A stretch of 64,000 nt of DNA from Eledone cirrhosa (GCA_964016885.1 CAXHJY010001659.1:3257-67256); one strand, 5' to 3'; positions 13,983 through 28,644 are shown, counted from the stretch's first letter. Notes: generated from the sequence alone by a model not told the origin. Numbers and translations: made by a program.

Positions 13983-14600
13983 TTTCGTTTCTGAATTTGT
14001 TTAGCAAGATTCTTTATCTGAAATCGTGTGTTGAAACCGATATTGTTATACTTTGGGAGGGTCATGTTGCCAATAAGAAACACACGCACCAGTTGCTTTC
14101 ACTTCAATTTATTATATATTTATAAATTTATAAATTTACAAATCTACAAACTTATAAATTTCTGGTTGGTTGGTTGGTTCCACAACCAGATAGTTGTTTA
14201 TATATAGTCATAGTCCTTTCGTCACACACTCTGTGACCTCTTCAGTGACTGGGGATTCCTTTCTTTGTTTCTGTGCCTTTCATTTCTTCTGTCCTACGCC
14301 ATTTTGTTTCTGTGTGTGTGTTGTGTGCTCAGTTTGCGCATGCGCCACATCCGGGTGTCTGTGTGTGTTTGTGTTCATTTATCTATTTGTTTATTTATTT
14401 ATTTATTTATTTACATGTTGTTGGTTGGTTGTTTGTTCTATGTGTGTGTGTGTTTTCATTTTGTCCTTAATTGTAAGTTGTGATGTTGCTGTTCCACTCA
14501 TATTTTCTATTTAATTTTGGTTGTAATTCTTTTATGCTTACTGCCTCTGTAATTTGCCTAAACATTGCATCTTTTCTGTGTGTGGGTTCTATTTTTATTT
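13983..14600 (-). mobile_element. PLE 3' fragment (end of GIY-YIG + pLTR with HHR)
   Basis: Minus strand encodes HRKDAMFRQITEAVSIKELQPKLNRKYEWN. The pLTR is shared with 1465-1745 and 50940-51261. (TA)n on both sides. Confidence 0.8.
14206..14250 (-). ncRNA. Minimal type-I HHR in PLE pLTR
   Basis: AGTCA-CTGAAGA-gGTCACA..TGTGAC-GAAA-Gga-CTA-TGACT. Confidence 0.8.
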
Positions 14601-14998
14601 ATATATATATATTAGAAAATGAGATTTTTTTTTAACACAATGAAAAATAACCGGTGTCCTACACGAGTGAAAGTATAAAGAAAAAAAGATGAAATCGAAA
14701 ATGCAACTGGAGTCTTATTTAAAAAAATATATATATTTATTTGGTTCCTTTACCGATTTCGCAGTTCTTCTGCTTTTCAAAAGTAGAGTTGAGATGGAGG
14801 GTCTGTGGTTTTTCTATATATATATATAACAAAGAAGGTGTGGTAAGATACCAGGTGGACCCATAACGCACCAGGGTATTCGATACTTAGGGTAGTAGAG
14901 TGAGTAATAGGAAAAAAGTCAGGACCCCGACGGCTGAGCTCCGGCCGTTTCGACAGCTAGAGCTGTCGAAACGGCCGTCGGGGTCCTGACATTTTTCC

Positions 14999-15089
<91 letters not shown>

Positions 15090-15613
15090 CACTAGGGGAA
15101 CCAGTAATCTTTATTTACATTGCACCTTTTCGCTGCACGGCTCTCAGCTCACCGCAATGCAATATACCGACGCCACCTCGACGACGACGACCACCACAAT
15201 CAGCCGAATCGCCACTAGCTCCAACATCACCACAAGTACCTCACAACTAGAATATTGAAGTTTAGCATTAGCAGCATCACTTTAGATCACAAATATTTGT
15301 GGAAGAGCACAGTTGATTAAATATTTCATCTTACCCGGAATGATGAAAGGCTAAATTCTATCCCGGCGGGATTTTAACTAGAACTCAAAGGGGGTACTAA
15401 AAATACCGCTTAGCATTTATCATTTCTACGGCATATTACAATTTTAGCTCCCCCCCCCCCCCCCCCCCCTGTATCAAGACTCAAGAATATTACTAATATT
15501 ATTTATATAAATCTTTCTTTGATCTTTCCCAGATACGCAAGATCATTTGCAGATCTTCTGCTGATTCAGATAAGCAAGTTTTATTTAATTTTCACCCACA
15601 CGGACGCACGCAC

Positions 15614-15651
<38 letters not shown>

Positions 15652-15679
15652 GCACACACACGCGCAAACAGGCACACAG

Positions 15680-15797
<118 letters not shown>

Positions 15798-16069
15798 TTA
15801 TATAAACTCACACACAATTCTAATGACTCAACATCTATTGATAATCTTAAAAGCTCTTTACCTCGCACGCACAAACACATGCACATGCACATACACATGC
15901 ACATGCACATACACAAACAGTCATACGTTAAGACGCTTGATCTTGGATAATATGTTTCCGCGTTCAATTCTATTCGCTTAAAATACACTAGGACAGAGAT
16001 CCGAAAGCATCTGAAACCTGAGACCCCCTCATAGAATCTTTGATACCAAATTAACCTGGGCATGTACAA

Positions 16070-16135
<66 letters not shown>

Positions 16136-16228
16136 GTGTATGTAACAGGTAACCAGAAATAACAACACAAACAGTACAATATATGGAATGAATATATTAC
16201 TTTAACAATTGTAATAGCAGGAAGAAGG

Positions 16229-16264
16229 TCTTAACGTTTCAGACGCTAATCCTTCATCAGAAGA
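16229..16264 (-). ncRNA. Minimal type-I HHR; degenerate relative at ~13598-13632(+)
   Basis: TCTT-CTGATGA-aGGAttagcgTCT-GAAA-C-GTT-AAGA, with palindromic AACGTT. Confidence 0.7.
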
Positions 16265-16324
16265 AAGAATGAGAAATTAGAAAGATTGAGGGGATGGACA
16301 GAGTGGAATATATATATATTGTAT

Positions 16325-16357
<33 letters not shown>

Positions 16358-16461
16358 AATATATATATATTGTATATATATACATATTGTACACACACAC
16401 ACACACATATATATATATAATAACAATATGGATGAAGTGTTAGATTTTCATTAAATTTATT

Positions 16462-16552
16462 GAGGTGTGACGTGCGTTTCACGATTGATCAGCTAAAGGT
16501 TCGATCTGTATCTAACGGGCCCGAGTCTGTAATCAAAAGCGCATCGGACCTC
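16462..16552 (-). ncRNA. Degenerate HHR-like fold with CCGA core; relative at 49421-49506(-)
   Basis: GAGGT-CCGATGC (CCGACGA in the 49.5-kb copy), then TTGATT/GATCAA stem II, GAAA-CGcaC-GTC-acACCTC. Confidence 0.45.
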
Positions 16553-17487
16553 TGTTATATGTATATGAAAGTAAACGTGTTGAGTTTGAACAACTCAAGC
16601 GGTGGGGTCGTAAGGGCCCTGAGTTTGGTTTGTCTACGTTTCTTGGCATGCAGGTTAATTTAACTTGTAAATAATGTGGCCGGTTATGTCTAAGGAGGGC
16701 GGGCCTTGGAAGTCACCGGAGAAGCCACGTACACGGGGACACTGTCAGCTGTGCACTGTATGTCATTTCTGTTTATGGGAAATGTGGAAGAGAGTGTTCA
16801 TCAGTTGGTTGACTGAAATGTCATCTAAAAGTGCATCACAGCTGGACCGTAACACCTACTGCGAGAGGCCCCTATTGTTGCAACATCTGTACTGCTCATA
16901 CTTAGGTGTCAAGTTACAGTCACCATATGTATGTATATATATACAGATGAATATATATATATATTTTTTTCTTTCCCACACGCCACCTACATCCACAATA
17001 CGTATAAACACCACACATACGTGCGTACCCCCACATATTTACGCACTCAGCCTTCGGAATCCTCTCCCCCCTCCCCCACCCTCTGACCACTCCCCATCCA
17101 CACACGCACACACACACACACACCGACCTACACCCCACCCCACACACACCTTTTCCTGAACATGGAACCTCGTTCTTCCCCCAACTCTCACATTCACATA
17201 CACACACACACACACACGTACACCTACACACACACACCACCTTCAGCCCTCCCCGCTCGGACACCCCAACTCCCTCTCCCCGCTCCACCCGCCACCACCC
17301 CTACACGCCCACACCCTTCCACCACTTGTTTATCTTCATGTTTATTTTAATTTTTATTATTTTTATTATTTTTTTATATTTATTTTCATCTATTTTCATT
17401 TCCACCGTTTCCTCTCTCACCATTTTTTCTAAATGTCTCTCCCCCACTCCCCTACGCACCCTTGGAACTCTCTTCCCACACACTTTT

Positions 17488-17520
17488 CGCCTGAAGAAGG
17501 GCTTATGCCCGAAACGTCGT
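17488..17520 (+). ncRNA. Minimal HHR in the 5' pLTR of the PLE; the twin at 22265-22295 has lost GTC
   Basis: CTGAAGA-aGGGCttatGCCC-GAAA-C-GTC. Confidence 0.75.
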
Positions 17521-17989
17521 TCCCCCAACTCTCAAGAGCGTGAAACTAATAAACCTTTGTTCGTACTGCCTCTCTGTTTTGTTCCCGTTCCATTTTTCAC
17601 TATACAATACACGCTCCCACGGCTTCCATACCTCCTTGGAATACTACCTTGACTACCGGCTCAACCCCGATCTAATCCACCGTGACCACTCTCTGAACTT
17701 TCCCCACACCTTCCCACAACTTGTTTTTTCCTTTCTTTGCAATACTTTTTGATAGATTTATTTACTGTACTTGTTTATTTCTGTCTATGATTTTTTGTCC
17801 ATGATTGCCTGTGTTTTTACGTCTATGATTTTCCTGTGTATACTCTCCTCTCCTTACGTTATTTCTGTTTGATTTTCCCTCCCCCGTCTCTGCCTATCTT
17901 TCGCACTCACGCCTTCGTTCCACCCCCCCCCCCCCGCTTCACACACCTCCCTTCTCATTCCTCCCCCTGCTTTCACTCCACACCCACCA

Positions 17990-20754
17990 TTCCCAGCCTG
18001 AGATCCTTTCTCCACCAAATCCACAACGGCCTCAAACTTTTCCTCACCCCCTCCTCCTACCCTGCTATCTCCCCTCGGCCCTTCAACTCTCTACCTTCTT
18101 TTCGCCAAAACCCGGCACTCCAGCCACATCCATTTCCTCAGCCGCTGCCTCCACCTCCACCTTATCCTCCTCGGCTTCCGTCTACACTTCCACACCTCCC
18201 CCTCGCTTCCGCCTCCACCCAACGTATCCTCACCCGATCCTCGCGCCTCCTAATGCGCTACTCCCTCCGCACCTCCGCTCCACCGTCCGCAAACTTGACT
18301 ACCAACTGACCCCCACACTCCTCCGCCTTAACTCCGCCTGCCACCCCCTCCTCGCCCACTCCATCCTCCTCTTCATCCAAAACCTCAACCACGACCACTT
18401 CTCCTTCCTCACCTCCATCAAAGCCCTTAAGCTACACTCAATCCTCCCGACCACCCCCATCCACCCCCACCCATCCCTATGACTCCCCCCACTATCCACC
18501 CCTCCCCACGCCACACCTCTACCCGATCTCCACCCACCACCCCACTCTCACCACACCCTCCCCTCCTCCCTCACACACCCAAACCCCACCACTTGTTGTC
18601 ACCATACCCCCTGACCCCCCCCTCTCCGCACCTGAGCGTTCACTCCTCAGTAGAGGCCTTCGCTTCATACCCCACACTCCGCACAGCGACGAGTTCCGCA
18701 CCCGAACGGAAGTCGAGCGATTCGTGCGACGCACGAAGCTACAGGCACATTTCGATCAAACGCCCCAGACCCGTTTCTCGCCCTGGGCCGACGACCATCG
18801 TCTTGGACGCCGGCCCCAGGGTAATTTAGCACCCTGCTCATGTTCGTCGATGCCTGCCGTAGCGCAGTAAATCGCTTCGACTTCCGCCACCGGTCCCAAC
18901 GGAATAACATCACACGAGCGAACTCCTCGTTCTCCGCTCCCTCCGTAGCCGAGATGACATCGTCATAAAACCAGCGGACAAGGGAGGCGCCGTGGTGATG
19001 TGGTGTGCTGACCTCTACACGGCTGAAGCCCTCAGGCAGCTCCGTAACCCCCTCTTCTACCGCCCTCTACCCACTGATCCCACACCCCTCTACCAACAAC
19101 AAGTTCCCTCCACCATCCAACACCTTGTCTCCTCCTCCCTCTTTCCCCCACCGCTTCCCACCTCATCGTCCGCACCCCCCGCACCCCCACTATCTACTTC
19201 CTCCCCAAACTCCACAAACCCGACAACCCCGGCCGCCCCATCGTCTCCGCTTGCAACTGCCCCACCGAACTCATCTCCGCCTTTCTTGACACCATTCTCG
19301 CTCCCCTCGTCACCACCCTCCCCTCCCACATCTCCGACACCAACCACGCCCTTCGCCTATTCGACTCCTTCACCTTCCCACCCGCCCACAGCCCTTCCTC
19401 TTCACCCTAGATATCAAGTCGCTCTATACAGTTATCCCCCCACGCCGACGGCCTACGTGCCCTCAAGCACTACCCCGACCTTCGCCCCTCCCCCATCCCC
19501 TCCACTCACACCCTCCTTCGCCTCGCCGAGCTGGTCCTCACCCTCAACTATTTCTCGTTCTCGGGTGAGTTTTACCAACAGGTCTCGGGGGTAGCCATGT
19601 GCACAAGAATGGGCCCAAATTATGCCAACCTTTTCGTTGGCCCTGTTGAGGCCCAAAACTTTGCCCAGTACACCGGCCCCACGCCCGAACTGTACGGTCG
19701 TTACATGACGACTGTATCGGAGCCACGACCCTCACCCGAGAACAGCTCGACTCCTTTCTCTCCTTCTTCTGCTCCTTCCACCCCTCCCTCCACTTCACCA
19801 CCTTTATCTCCACCACCCACGTCCACTTCTTAGATATCTCCGTCGCCTTCTAACCCTACCACCACCCCCTCGTCACCTCCACCTCCTTCAAACCCACCGA
19901 CTCCCACTCCTACCTCGACTTCACCTCCTCCCACCCTACACACACAAAACACTCTATTCCCTACTCCCAACTCCTCAGGATCCGCCGCCTCTGTAGCCGA
20001 GATGCTGACTTTGAGTCCCAGGCCCTTTCCCTAGTCAGCCATTTCATCCGCAGAGGTTACCCCCACTCCCTCGTCCACACCGCCCTCACTCGCGCCCGTG
20101 CTGTCCACCGCTCCACCACTCTCACCCCACACACCGCACACCCACCCACCGTCTCCCCTTCCCCTTCACCTACCACCCCTCCACTCTACCCCTCCACCGC
20201 ACCATCCTCCGCCTCTTCCGACGACTCCAATCCGACCCCTCCACCTCCCACATCTTCTCAGCCCCACCACTCCCCTCCTTCAAACGCGCACGCAATCTCC
20301 GCACCCTCCTCGTCCGCAGCTCCCTACCCCCCCCCTCGGTTCCCTTCTCTGTTCCAGGCCTCGTTGTAACACCTGTCCCCACATCATCAACACCACCACC
20401 TTCCAGGGTCCCACCAGCCACTCTCTCTCTGTCCGGCACGCCTTCCACTGCACCTCCTCCAACCTAGTCTATGGACTTCGCTGCACGGAGTGTAGCGCAA
20501 CCTACGTCGGACAGACTGGACGTCGCCTGGCGGACCGTTTCACTGAACACCTCCGGGATATTCGTCTCGGCAGTAGTTCCCCCATCGCCCGCCACTCTGG
20601 CTGCCCAGGACATTCCGCGCACCACCTCACAGTCTGTGGCCTACTCCAATGCCACGGAACACCCGCCACCCTCCTCAGGGTCGAACAACACACCATCTTC
20701 ACCCTACAGACCCACACTCCCCTCGGCCTGAACTCCCCACCCCTATTCCTTTAG
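17990..20754 (+). pseudogene. Frameshifted PLE ORF (RT and GIY-YIG endonuclease; CxxxxCxxC linker suggests Neptune-like group)
   Basis: Motifs across frames: DIVIKPADKGGAVV, PKLHKPDNPGRPIVS, FTLDIKSLYT, GVAMxTRMGPNYANLF, a broken YIDD at ~19702, KPTDSHSYLDFTSSHP, SIPYSQLLRIRRLCS, CSRPRCNTCPHI, NLVYGLRC..YVGQTGR..RFTEH, PLGLN. Confidence 0.9.
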
Positions 20755-21303
20755 CCTTCGACCGCCGTGTTTCTTCCCCCACACACATATCCCCCACTAA
20801 CACCACTAACACACTCCTCCTTTTCACCGCCCAATCCACAACTAACAATACTAACACCCCCCCCCCCCCGACCGCCCGCCCCAACTAAAAATACTAACAT
20901 CCTTTTCCCCCCTTCTCTCTTCCCTTCCCCCTTCCCCTATCACGCACACACCCACCGGTACATATATACACGCACTCACACTAACCACACACCCTACTAC
21001 CACCACTAGCCCTCACCCACACATCCACTCCCACCACCCCACAACTAATACCACTAACATCCCCCCGACCCCACGCACACGAACCCCCCCCACTCACACC
21101 ACCCATTCGACACACCCTACCACCACTGACCCCCACTAACACACCCGCATTCAACCCTTTCCCCACCACCAGTATACTAACACCCACTAACACCCTCTTC
21201 ACCACACATACACTCATCCAAACACGCACACACACATCAGTACACTACACTCCCTCTATTGTCCCCACAACTTTCTCTCCCTCTCCCCGCTCCACCCACA
21301 CCC

Positions 21304-21368
<65 letters not shown>

Positions 21369-22386
21369 CCCACTAACACCTCTACTAATACACCCCCTCC
21401 CCCCACACAACCCCCTCACCACTCCATCTTTCACACCTACCCATCCTCTCGCCATGTCCACCGCACCTCCGCACACACTGACACACCGACTTTCTCCACC
21501 TGCCATTCTGCCCTGCTGCTGCTATGCCCTGACTCCCTGACCACCTCTCCGCACACACAGACACACAGCCCTCTCCACCTATCCTTCTCCTCTACCCTCC
21601 TCCTGCCTTGACCCTCTGACCACTCCCTGTTGTGCGCGCACCCGACATCTCCCCTCTTCCGACCAACCCAACCACGGATTACACACATTGGACATCGCTC
21701 CCACGAATCAACTCCATCACAACGAAAATATCCGGCAACCCACCACACCCTCTACGGAATTACCTTAGGAACTTACCCACGGACATACACTCACAACATT
21801 TTTTTTCCCACACGCCACCTACATCCACAATACGTATAAACACCACACACACGTGCGTACCCCCACATATTTACACACTCAGCCTCCGGAATCCTCTCTC
21901 CCTCCCCCACCCCACACACACCTTTTCCTGTACATGGAACCTCGTTCTTCCCCCAACTCTCACATTCACATACACACACACACACACACATAGATGTACA
22001 CCTACACACACACACCACCTTCAGCCCTCCCCGCTCGGACACCCCGCCTCCCTCTCCCCACTCCACCTGCCACGACCCCTACACGCCCCACACCCTTCCA
22101 CCACTTGTTTATCTTCATGTTTATTTTTATTTTTATTATTTTTATTATTTTTTTATATTTATTTTCATTTGTACCCCTTCCACCGTTTCCTCTCCCCCAT
22201 TTGTTCTTAATGTCTCTCCCCCACTCCCCTACACACCCTTGGAACTCTCTTCCCACACACTTTTCGCCTGAAGAAGGGCTTATGCCCGAAACGCCCCCCC
22301 CCACTCTCAAGAGCGTGAAACTAATAAACCTTTGTTCGTACTGCCTCTCTGTTTGTTCCCGTTCCATTTTTCACTATATATATATA

Positions 22387-23210
22387 TAAGGCTCTATTGA
22401 TTTTTCCCTTGATTTCTCTAAATTCTGTTGGATAAAGCTATATCCTGGTTCCTTTTGAATTGAGTCTGAATTATTTTTCCCATATCTTACGTTAACTATT
22501 TCCCCATTTTGACGCTATAGTCGCATATATGTTATGGAATACTGTTAGCTTCTCGCTACAACAATTTCTATACTTTTCATTTATATATATATACTCGGAT
22601 TTATTTCTTAGAGTGTTTAAATTATTTGTGACTAATGCCGGTATTTTTTTTGGAAAAAAACCGCGATGATATTGCTTTTTGCTGAACTCCTTTTGTAGAG
22701 TTTTCTTTCGGAATGTTTTTGACTGTTGTTTCATGTAAACAAACATTTGTCTCATTCTGATGTCACCAGCCCTGTTTTTACACATGTGCGTTTATTTTAA
22801 TAACCACGCATGATGTTAAACTAGCCTGCTTTTAAATTCCCTTTTTGGCATATTACCAGTGAGACCTTGGTTACCATGTTGAGCTCTGCTGAGGAACGAA
22901 ATCCAACCGTGACCATCTCCACTGAAAGTTTTTTTGAAATAGTCTTTTCAAGACTATACAGAGCATTTGAAGTTGTCCCAAATTGAAGGTTGAGTACTTT
23001 AGACTTTGTTTTATCATGAGTTAAGGCTCTATTGATTTTTCCCTGGATTTCTCTAAATTCTGTTGGATAAATCTATATCCTGATTCCTTTTGAATTGAGT
23101 CTGAATTATTTTTCCCATATCTTATGTTAACTATTTTCCCATTTTGACGCTATAGTCGCATATATGTTATGGAATACTGTTAGCTTCTCGCTACAACAAT
23201 TTCTATACTT

Positions 23211-23215
<5 letters not shown>
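22387..23215. repeat. Partial tandem repeat, period 635 bp; another unit at 54411-55050
   Basis: 22387-22579 is repeated at 23022-23215. A homologous monomer lies at 54.4-55.0 kb. Confidence 0.85.
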
Positions 23216-23285
<70 letters not shown>

Positions 23286-25247
23286 AGTGTGTGTGTGTGT
23301 TTACTTTCCCATTTGTTCATAACCCATACCTTTACGGTTTGAAAAATAGAGATCAATAAAATATGTAGATTTGAAAAATATACATTAAGGTTGATATGAC
23401 CGACTACAATATTTCTTGACCGCTCCCCAGTAGCATGGCCACAATTTAATGACTGAGATCAGTAAAAGAATTTGTAAAATGCTCTTTTTATGTGAGATTG
23501 ACCGTGTGTGCCTGTGTTGACCTCATAGGAATAAACGCTGACACCAGCTTGTGTAACAAGTAACAACACATGGCATTCTGCTACAGACCATAACACGAAG
23601 TTAAAAGCTCATCTGTTCGCCCACCATCAATATATCTCCAAGAAAAACCATAAAAAACAATACAATACGACTATAAACCGTTTTCTTCCTCTCACGAACA
23701 TACAATTAAACCTTCGCTCACACGAAAGCCAACAGAAATTGAAATCATGTAACTGAAATTAAGGCAGGTGTTGAGATGATGAGAATAAATAGATTCCATA
23801 TTGAAACGAACCAAAAACGGGGGGGGGGGCATTTCAAGCTAAGGGATTAAATTGGTTGTGCCAGCTGCCTATTGTGGAAAACTGAGAAGCCTTTAATTAA
23901 ATCTGGCCCCTTAAGACATTCAATTACGCGTGATTCACACACTGACCTTGCGGTTAAAGCCTGCCGAGAGAATCTTCTCTAAAAACACTTCAGATGCCAA
24001 CAGCTAACGCAAAGGTAGTTCTAAAAGAAATGTTTCAATATAAATACCCCAAACCATTAAATAAAAGGTTTGCACCTCTTTCTCACCTCTTGGAATATAA
24101 GGTGATAACAATTGGTATCGAAAGGAATTTCTTTAAAAATACAGAAAACAGGTTGTCAAAAATATTGATTTCTAATTTAAGCAAACGACCAACAAATTTT
24201 GAGGAAAGGAAAAGTTGATCAAAATCCAACCCGGTACATGACTGGTACTTTATTCTATCGACTGCGGAAGAATGAAATGTAAAGTTGACCTCGGCGAAAT
24301 TCGAACACAAATTAGTCAGAACAAACAATGCAATGATATTTCGTCTGATGCTTTAGCAATTCTGCCAATCCTCTACCCTAAAGTTGTTAAAAATATTAAT
24401 ATCTTTTGATTAGGCGAGGGCTAAATTTTGCAGTAATCGTTTGCAGTAATCTACTGAATTGCGTTATGGTTGTTATTTTATCTAACTATTTATTACAGAC
24501 AAGGAAAGATCATGTGGCTTGCCCCCCTATTTTCCCGCAACGTTAAAAAAAGTATAATAGTATAAATAGTATAAGCAAAACATTCTCAAACTCAGTCAAT
24601 AAAACGCTTTCCCATCATCCATAAATATAAGAAAAGTTTCAATAGAAAATGCATCAAGTTTGGCTACTTTTGCGCAAGAACCATGAAGGTGTTTATAACC
24701 TTAAAATGATTTAAATATACTTCTCCAGGTAGTTCCTGCAACAGAAAGCTTGGTAAATGCCCACTAAGCGGGGAATGTAACGTGAAATCTGGAGTATATT
24801 AAACAATTACCCCAACCATACTCCATTAAATGACCCCAAAATAGATCTATATAAGAGCGTTGGATAGTAAGTTCAAGAAACGCTTCTTTAAAGCTTCTTA
24901 ATTTACGAACGCGTTCTCTCAAATCTTGTAGGGCACAATATATCTAGTTCCATAATATTTGAGGAGGACGTGCACTAGCATTTTCGAAACATATGTAGCA
25001 TTCCAAATAAATACTGTATAAACACACACACACACACACATATACAGAAAGACACAGGCCCATGACATACATATATATATATACATAAAAACACAGACAC
25101 AGACACAGACCCCATCACATACATATATATATATATATATATACATACAAACGCACACACACACACACACACACATTCACATTCGCACACACACATTCGC
25201 GCGCACACACACACACACACACACATTCACATTCGCACACACACATT

Positions 25248-25317
<70 letters not shown>

Positions 25318-26104
25318 GTTATTATCTTTGAATCAATGTGGGAAGTTTGAACAACGGAACCGAGATAAGGCTCGTCTGAATGGTTTCATGAACAAGTAAA
25401 CTCTCGTGAATCAACCCGACCCACCATACATATCACCAACCTCACCATCCCTACCTCCTCTTCGTTTTCCTTCTCTTTTTTCGCCTCCTCATCCTCCTCA
25501 TTACCATCATGATCAGCAGGACAACAACCACCACTACCAACAACAACAACAACAACAACACCACCACCATCGGTGTTCAACATCATAAATTCTTCACCAC
25601 CAATAAAACCCTCCTGAAATTACTGACCACGGAAAAAGTAGTTCGACCTCCTGGTGTGTTATCAATGATATGTCAGTGGTCAACAACTACAGAGTAGGAG
25701 GGCGTGGTGGTGGTTATTGGTGAAGCGCGGGAACGGGACAGTTAGAAGTGGTGACGTTGTAGGCGGCCGTTCGGAAAGGCATTCGTCATAGTGAATTTTT
25801 TTTGTTTTATCCATTTCAGTAATTAATGCTATGCTGGACAGATAAGTGATATTAAAGCCACATTCGTCAGAAATAGTAAAAGCAATACACATCCCCTCTA
25901 CTATCACAACAACAACAACACCACCAACGTCTAATCTAAAAATAAAAATCCCATAGATAACAACATATCCGCTCCCACATAAGATTTAAAACTAAAAGTA
26001 AAAAAAAAAGGAAAACTCATATATAAAAAAGCAGAAAACCACGTTTAGTTTAGATTGCTGAAAAGCCATACTAGTTATGGTATTTGTTTATTTAGATATT
26101 GGCA

Positions 26105-26280
26105 TGAGCATGGCCTAGTGGTTAAGACCATAAAGTTATGGGTTCGATTCTTGGGGAGTGTGCCACGTTGTGTTCTTGAGCAAAACACTTCCATTCACGT
26201 TCCGCAAGTACACCCAGGTGAAAATGATTATCAACAATAACTAGGGGATTAACCCTGTGATGGACTGGCGTCCTGCTCAG
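26105..26280 (+). mobile_element. Second tRNA-derived SINE family; another copy at ~40420-40575(-)
   Basis: TGGCCTAGTGG A box, GGTTCGATTC B box, body gtgttcttgagcaaaacactt..cccaggtgaaaatg. Confidence 0.7.
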
Positions 26281-27333
26281 TGTATGTGTGTGTGCATGGG
26301 GGGAGTCTTGTATTCTCAGTAGTTAACGTCAATTAAACTGGGATAAGCACCGACCTGATTCACCTCCGAGTTTGAGATATTATAGCATAAGCTTAATGAA
26401 CTTTTCTATTTTTAAAAGAGTTTATATAACAATTTTTAGAAGATTTTGAATTTAAAGTTACTAGATTTAACATGTCTGAAAAATAGCTTAAGTTGGGCAT
26501 ATAAGCCCCTGGAGACGGAAGAAAATTGTACAGCGTTGCTTGTGGGACACGGAACCATACCTGAAATATCCAGTTTCACTGTGCTAGGCCTCGCGGTATT
26601 GTACAATTTTTTCCGACTTCAGACTATTTTTCGTCAAAAACGTTGAAGCTACTAACACACACATTATTGATTGATGTGAGAATGAGTATCGAAGTTGAAA
26701 TATTCTTTATTATAGCTAAGTGATGAGTCTTATTACTCGTGCACTCACGGGATTATCTGATATGATGATCCTGTAAATCACTGGTGAAACTGCGACAATG
26801 AGACCGAAACAATTCATGAGAGAAATGATAATATAGACCAAATGTTCTCAAACCGTTTCAGCCAAACGCCCCCTTTTGTCCCTCGAAATTCAATATATTA
26901 CTAATTTTGATATCAGTAGATTACTGGGCCAAATCAAGTTACGTTAGAATCTTTAAAAACTACTCGCACGAATTAAATACAAAAAAAGTTTCAGTCCAAA
27001 ACAAAAGCAAGCTGTTTCAAATTATATATTTTTGAAAAAAAAAAGATTTGATCTCAGTCGAAAAAGCTTTTTTTTTTTAAATTCTATATTTCACTGTTAG
27101 CTGTTGTAATATTTTGAGTGGATAGACAATTCTACAAAATACAAAACATGCAAAATATAAAGAATTTCTTACCTTTCTCTGAAATCACTAACTCAGAGGG
27201 AAAACAGTACCTTGCAAAATAAAATACCTCGTAGCAAAATAAAATACCTAGTAGCAACGAATGAATTGAGAAGATTGGAGAGAGTGAGAAAGCCATATCT
27301 GTATCCCTCATATATATATATATACATAGATAG

Positions 27334-27432
<99 letters not shown>

Positions 27433-27595
27433 AACGCGCACGCACGCGCACACACACACACATACATAACACTTACAAAGTTGTGTGTGTGTGCCTTGGT
27501 TTTGGTACAGAAAGAATTTGTCTCCAGTTTTAATTGCCAGGTCAAAGGCCACTGCTCTTTTCAACAACGCCAAATAACAACGCCATATATATATA

Positions 27596-28290
27596 TTGAA
27601 ACTAGTACATCGTTCCTTTGTCAGTGTTGAACAAAAGAGCAACGATGGTTGCTAAACACTGTACGGCTTAATTCGGGATGTTTGTTTACAAACACACTGA
27701 GCATTATAATAAATGTTCGGTAAATCCATACGTACATATATATATATGTGTGTGCATGTATGTAAATATATATACATACTACTGTACGTCTGTATACATA
27801 TATGTAAGTAGTATACATACTTATATTTAAGTAACAGCCGTACTAAGAGTGAGAAATGAAATTTCGTTTCATTTTTCCGTTATCGTTTTCGGTGCGCCCG
27901 GTCGATTAACTCACTCGATATGCAAATTAGGCTGCTCAGCCGTTAATATGCATAAGGAAAGTATATACTTTCAGACGTTCAATCATCTGGCAGGAAGGTA
28001 TACGGTGCTGACGATAGGTAATAAGCTTGAAACTAGTACATCGTTCCTTTGTCAGCGTTGAACAAAAGGGCAACGATGGTTACTAAACACTGTACGGCTT
28101 AATTCGGGATGTTTGTTTACAAACACACCGAGCATTATAATAAATGTTCGGTAAATCCATACATACATATATATATGTGTGCATGTATGTATATATATAT
28201 ACATACTACTGTACGTCTGTATACATATATGTATGTACGTATACATACTTATATTTAAGTAATGAAATTTCGTTTCATTTTTTCCGTTTA
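27596..28290 (+). mobile_element. Retrozyme-like 1.6-mer, period 431 bp, with HHR
   Basis: 27596-~27880 is repeated from 28027. HHR at 28002-28044. (TA)n flanks. Confidence 0.75.
28002..28044 (+). ncRNA. Minimal type-I HHR
   Basis: ACGGTG-CTGACGA-tAGG..CTT-GAAA-CTA-GTA-CATCGT. Palindromic ACTAGT. 6-bp stem I with one G-U pair. Confidence 0.75.
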
Positions 28291-28454
28291 TATATATATA
28301 TATATATATATAGGAACGAGTAGGACCCTGACGGTTGAGCTCAAGCCGTTTCGACGTCGGGGTCCTACTCGTTCCTATTACCCACTCTACTACCCTAAGT
28401 ATTGAGTACTTTGGTGCGTTATGGTCCATCTGGTTCCTTACCACATTTCCTTCG

Positions 28455-28512
<58 letters not shown>

Positions 28513-28582
28513 AAATGAAGAGAGAAAGAGGGAAGGACAGAGAGAGTAAGAAATGTGTATGTGTGTGTGTGTTTGGTACACG

Positions 28583-28644
<62 letters not shown>

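Larger units (their letters stand above)
16975..22375 (+). mobile_element. Penelope-like element (RT + C-terminal GIY-YIG) with direct pseudo-LTRs
   Basis: About 600-bp direct repeats at ~16975-17600 and ~21806-22375, each with an HHR motif, bracket a C-rich frameshifted ORF. Both ends abut (TA)n. Confidence 0.9.

Noticed and set aside
18992-19594. 200-aa Pro/Ser-rich ORF
   Set aside because: Mostly an out-of-frame reading of the C-rich, frameshifted PLE RT region.
22885-22935. CTGAGGA/CTGATGA...GAAA in the 635-bp family (also at ~54724), and similar motifs at ~26780, ~53217 and ~56450
   Set aside because: Core-like words are present, but convincing stems I-III could not be drawn or the core is mutated, so these were not called as HHRs.
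25406-25697. Short Gln/His/Asn/Thr-rich ORFs resembling a transcription-factor exon
   Set aside because: Explained by (CAA)n/(CAC)n/(TCC)n low-complexity sequence, with no domain or clear splice context.
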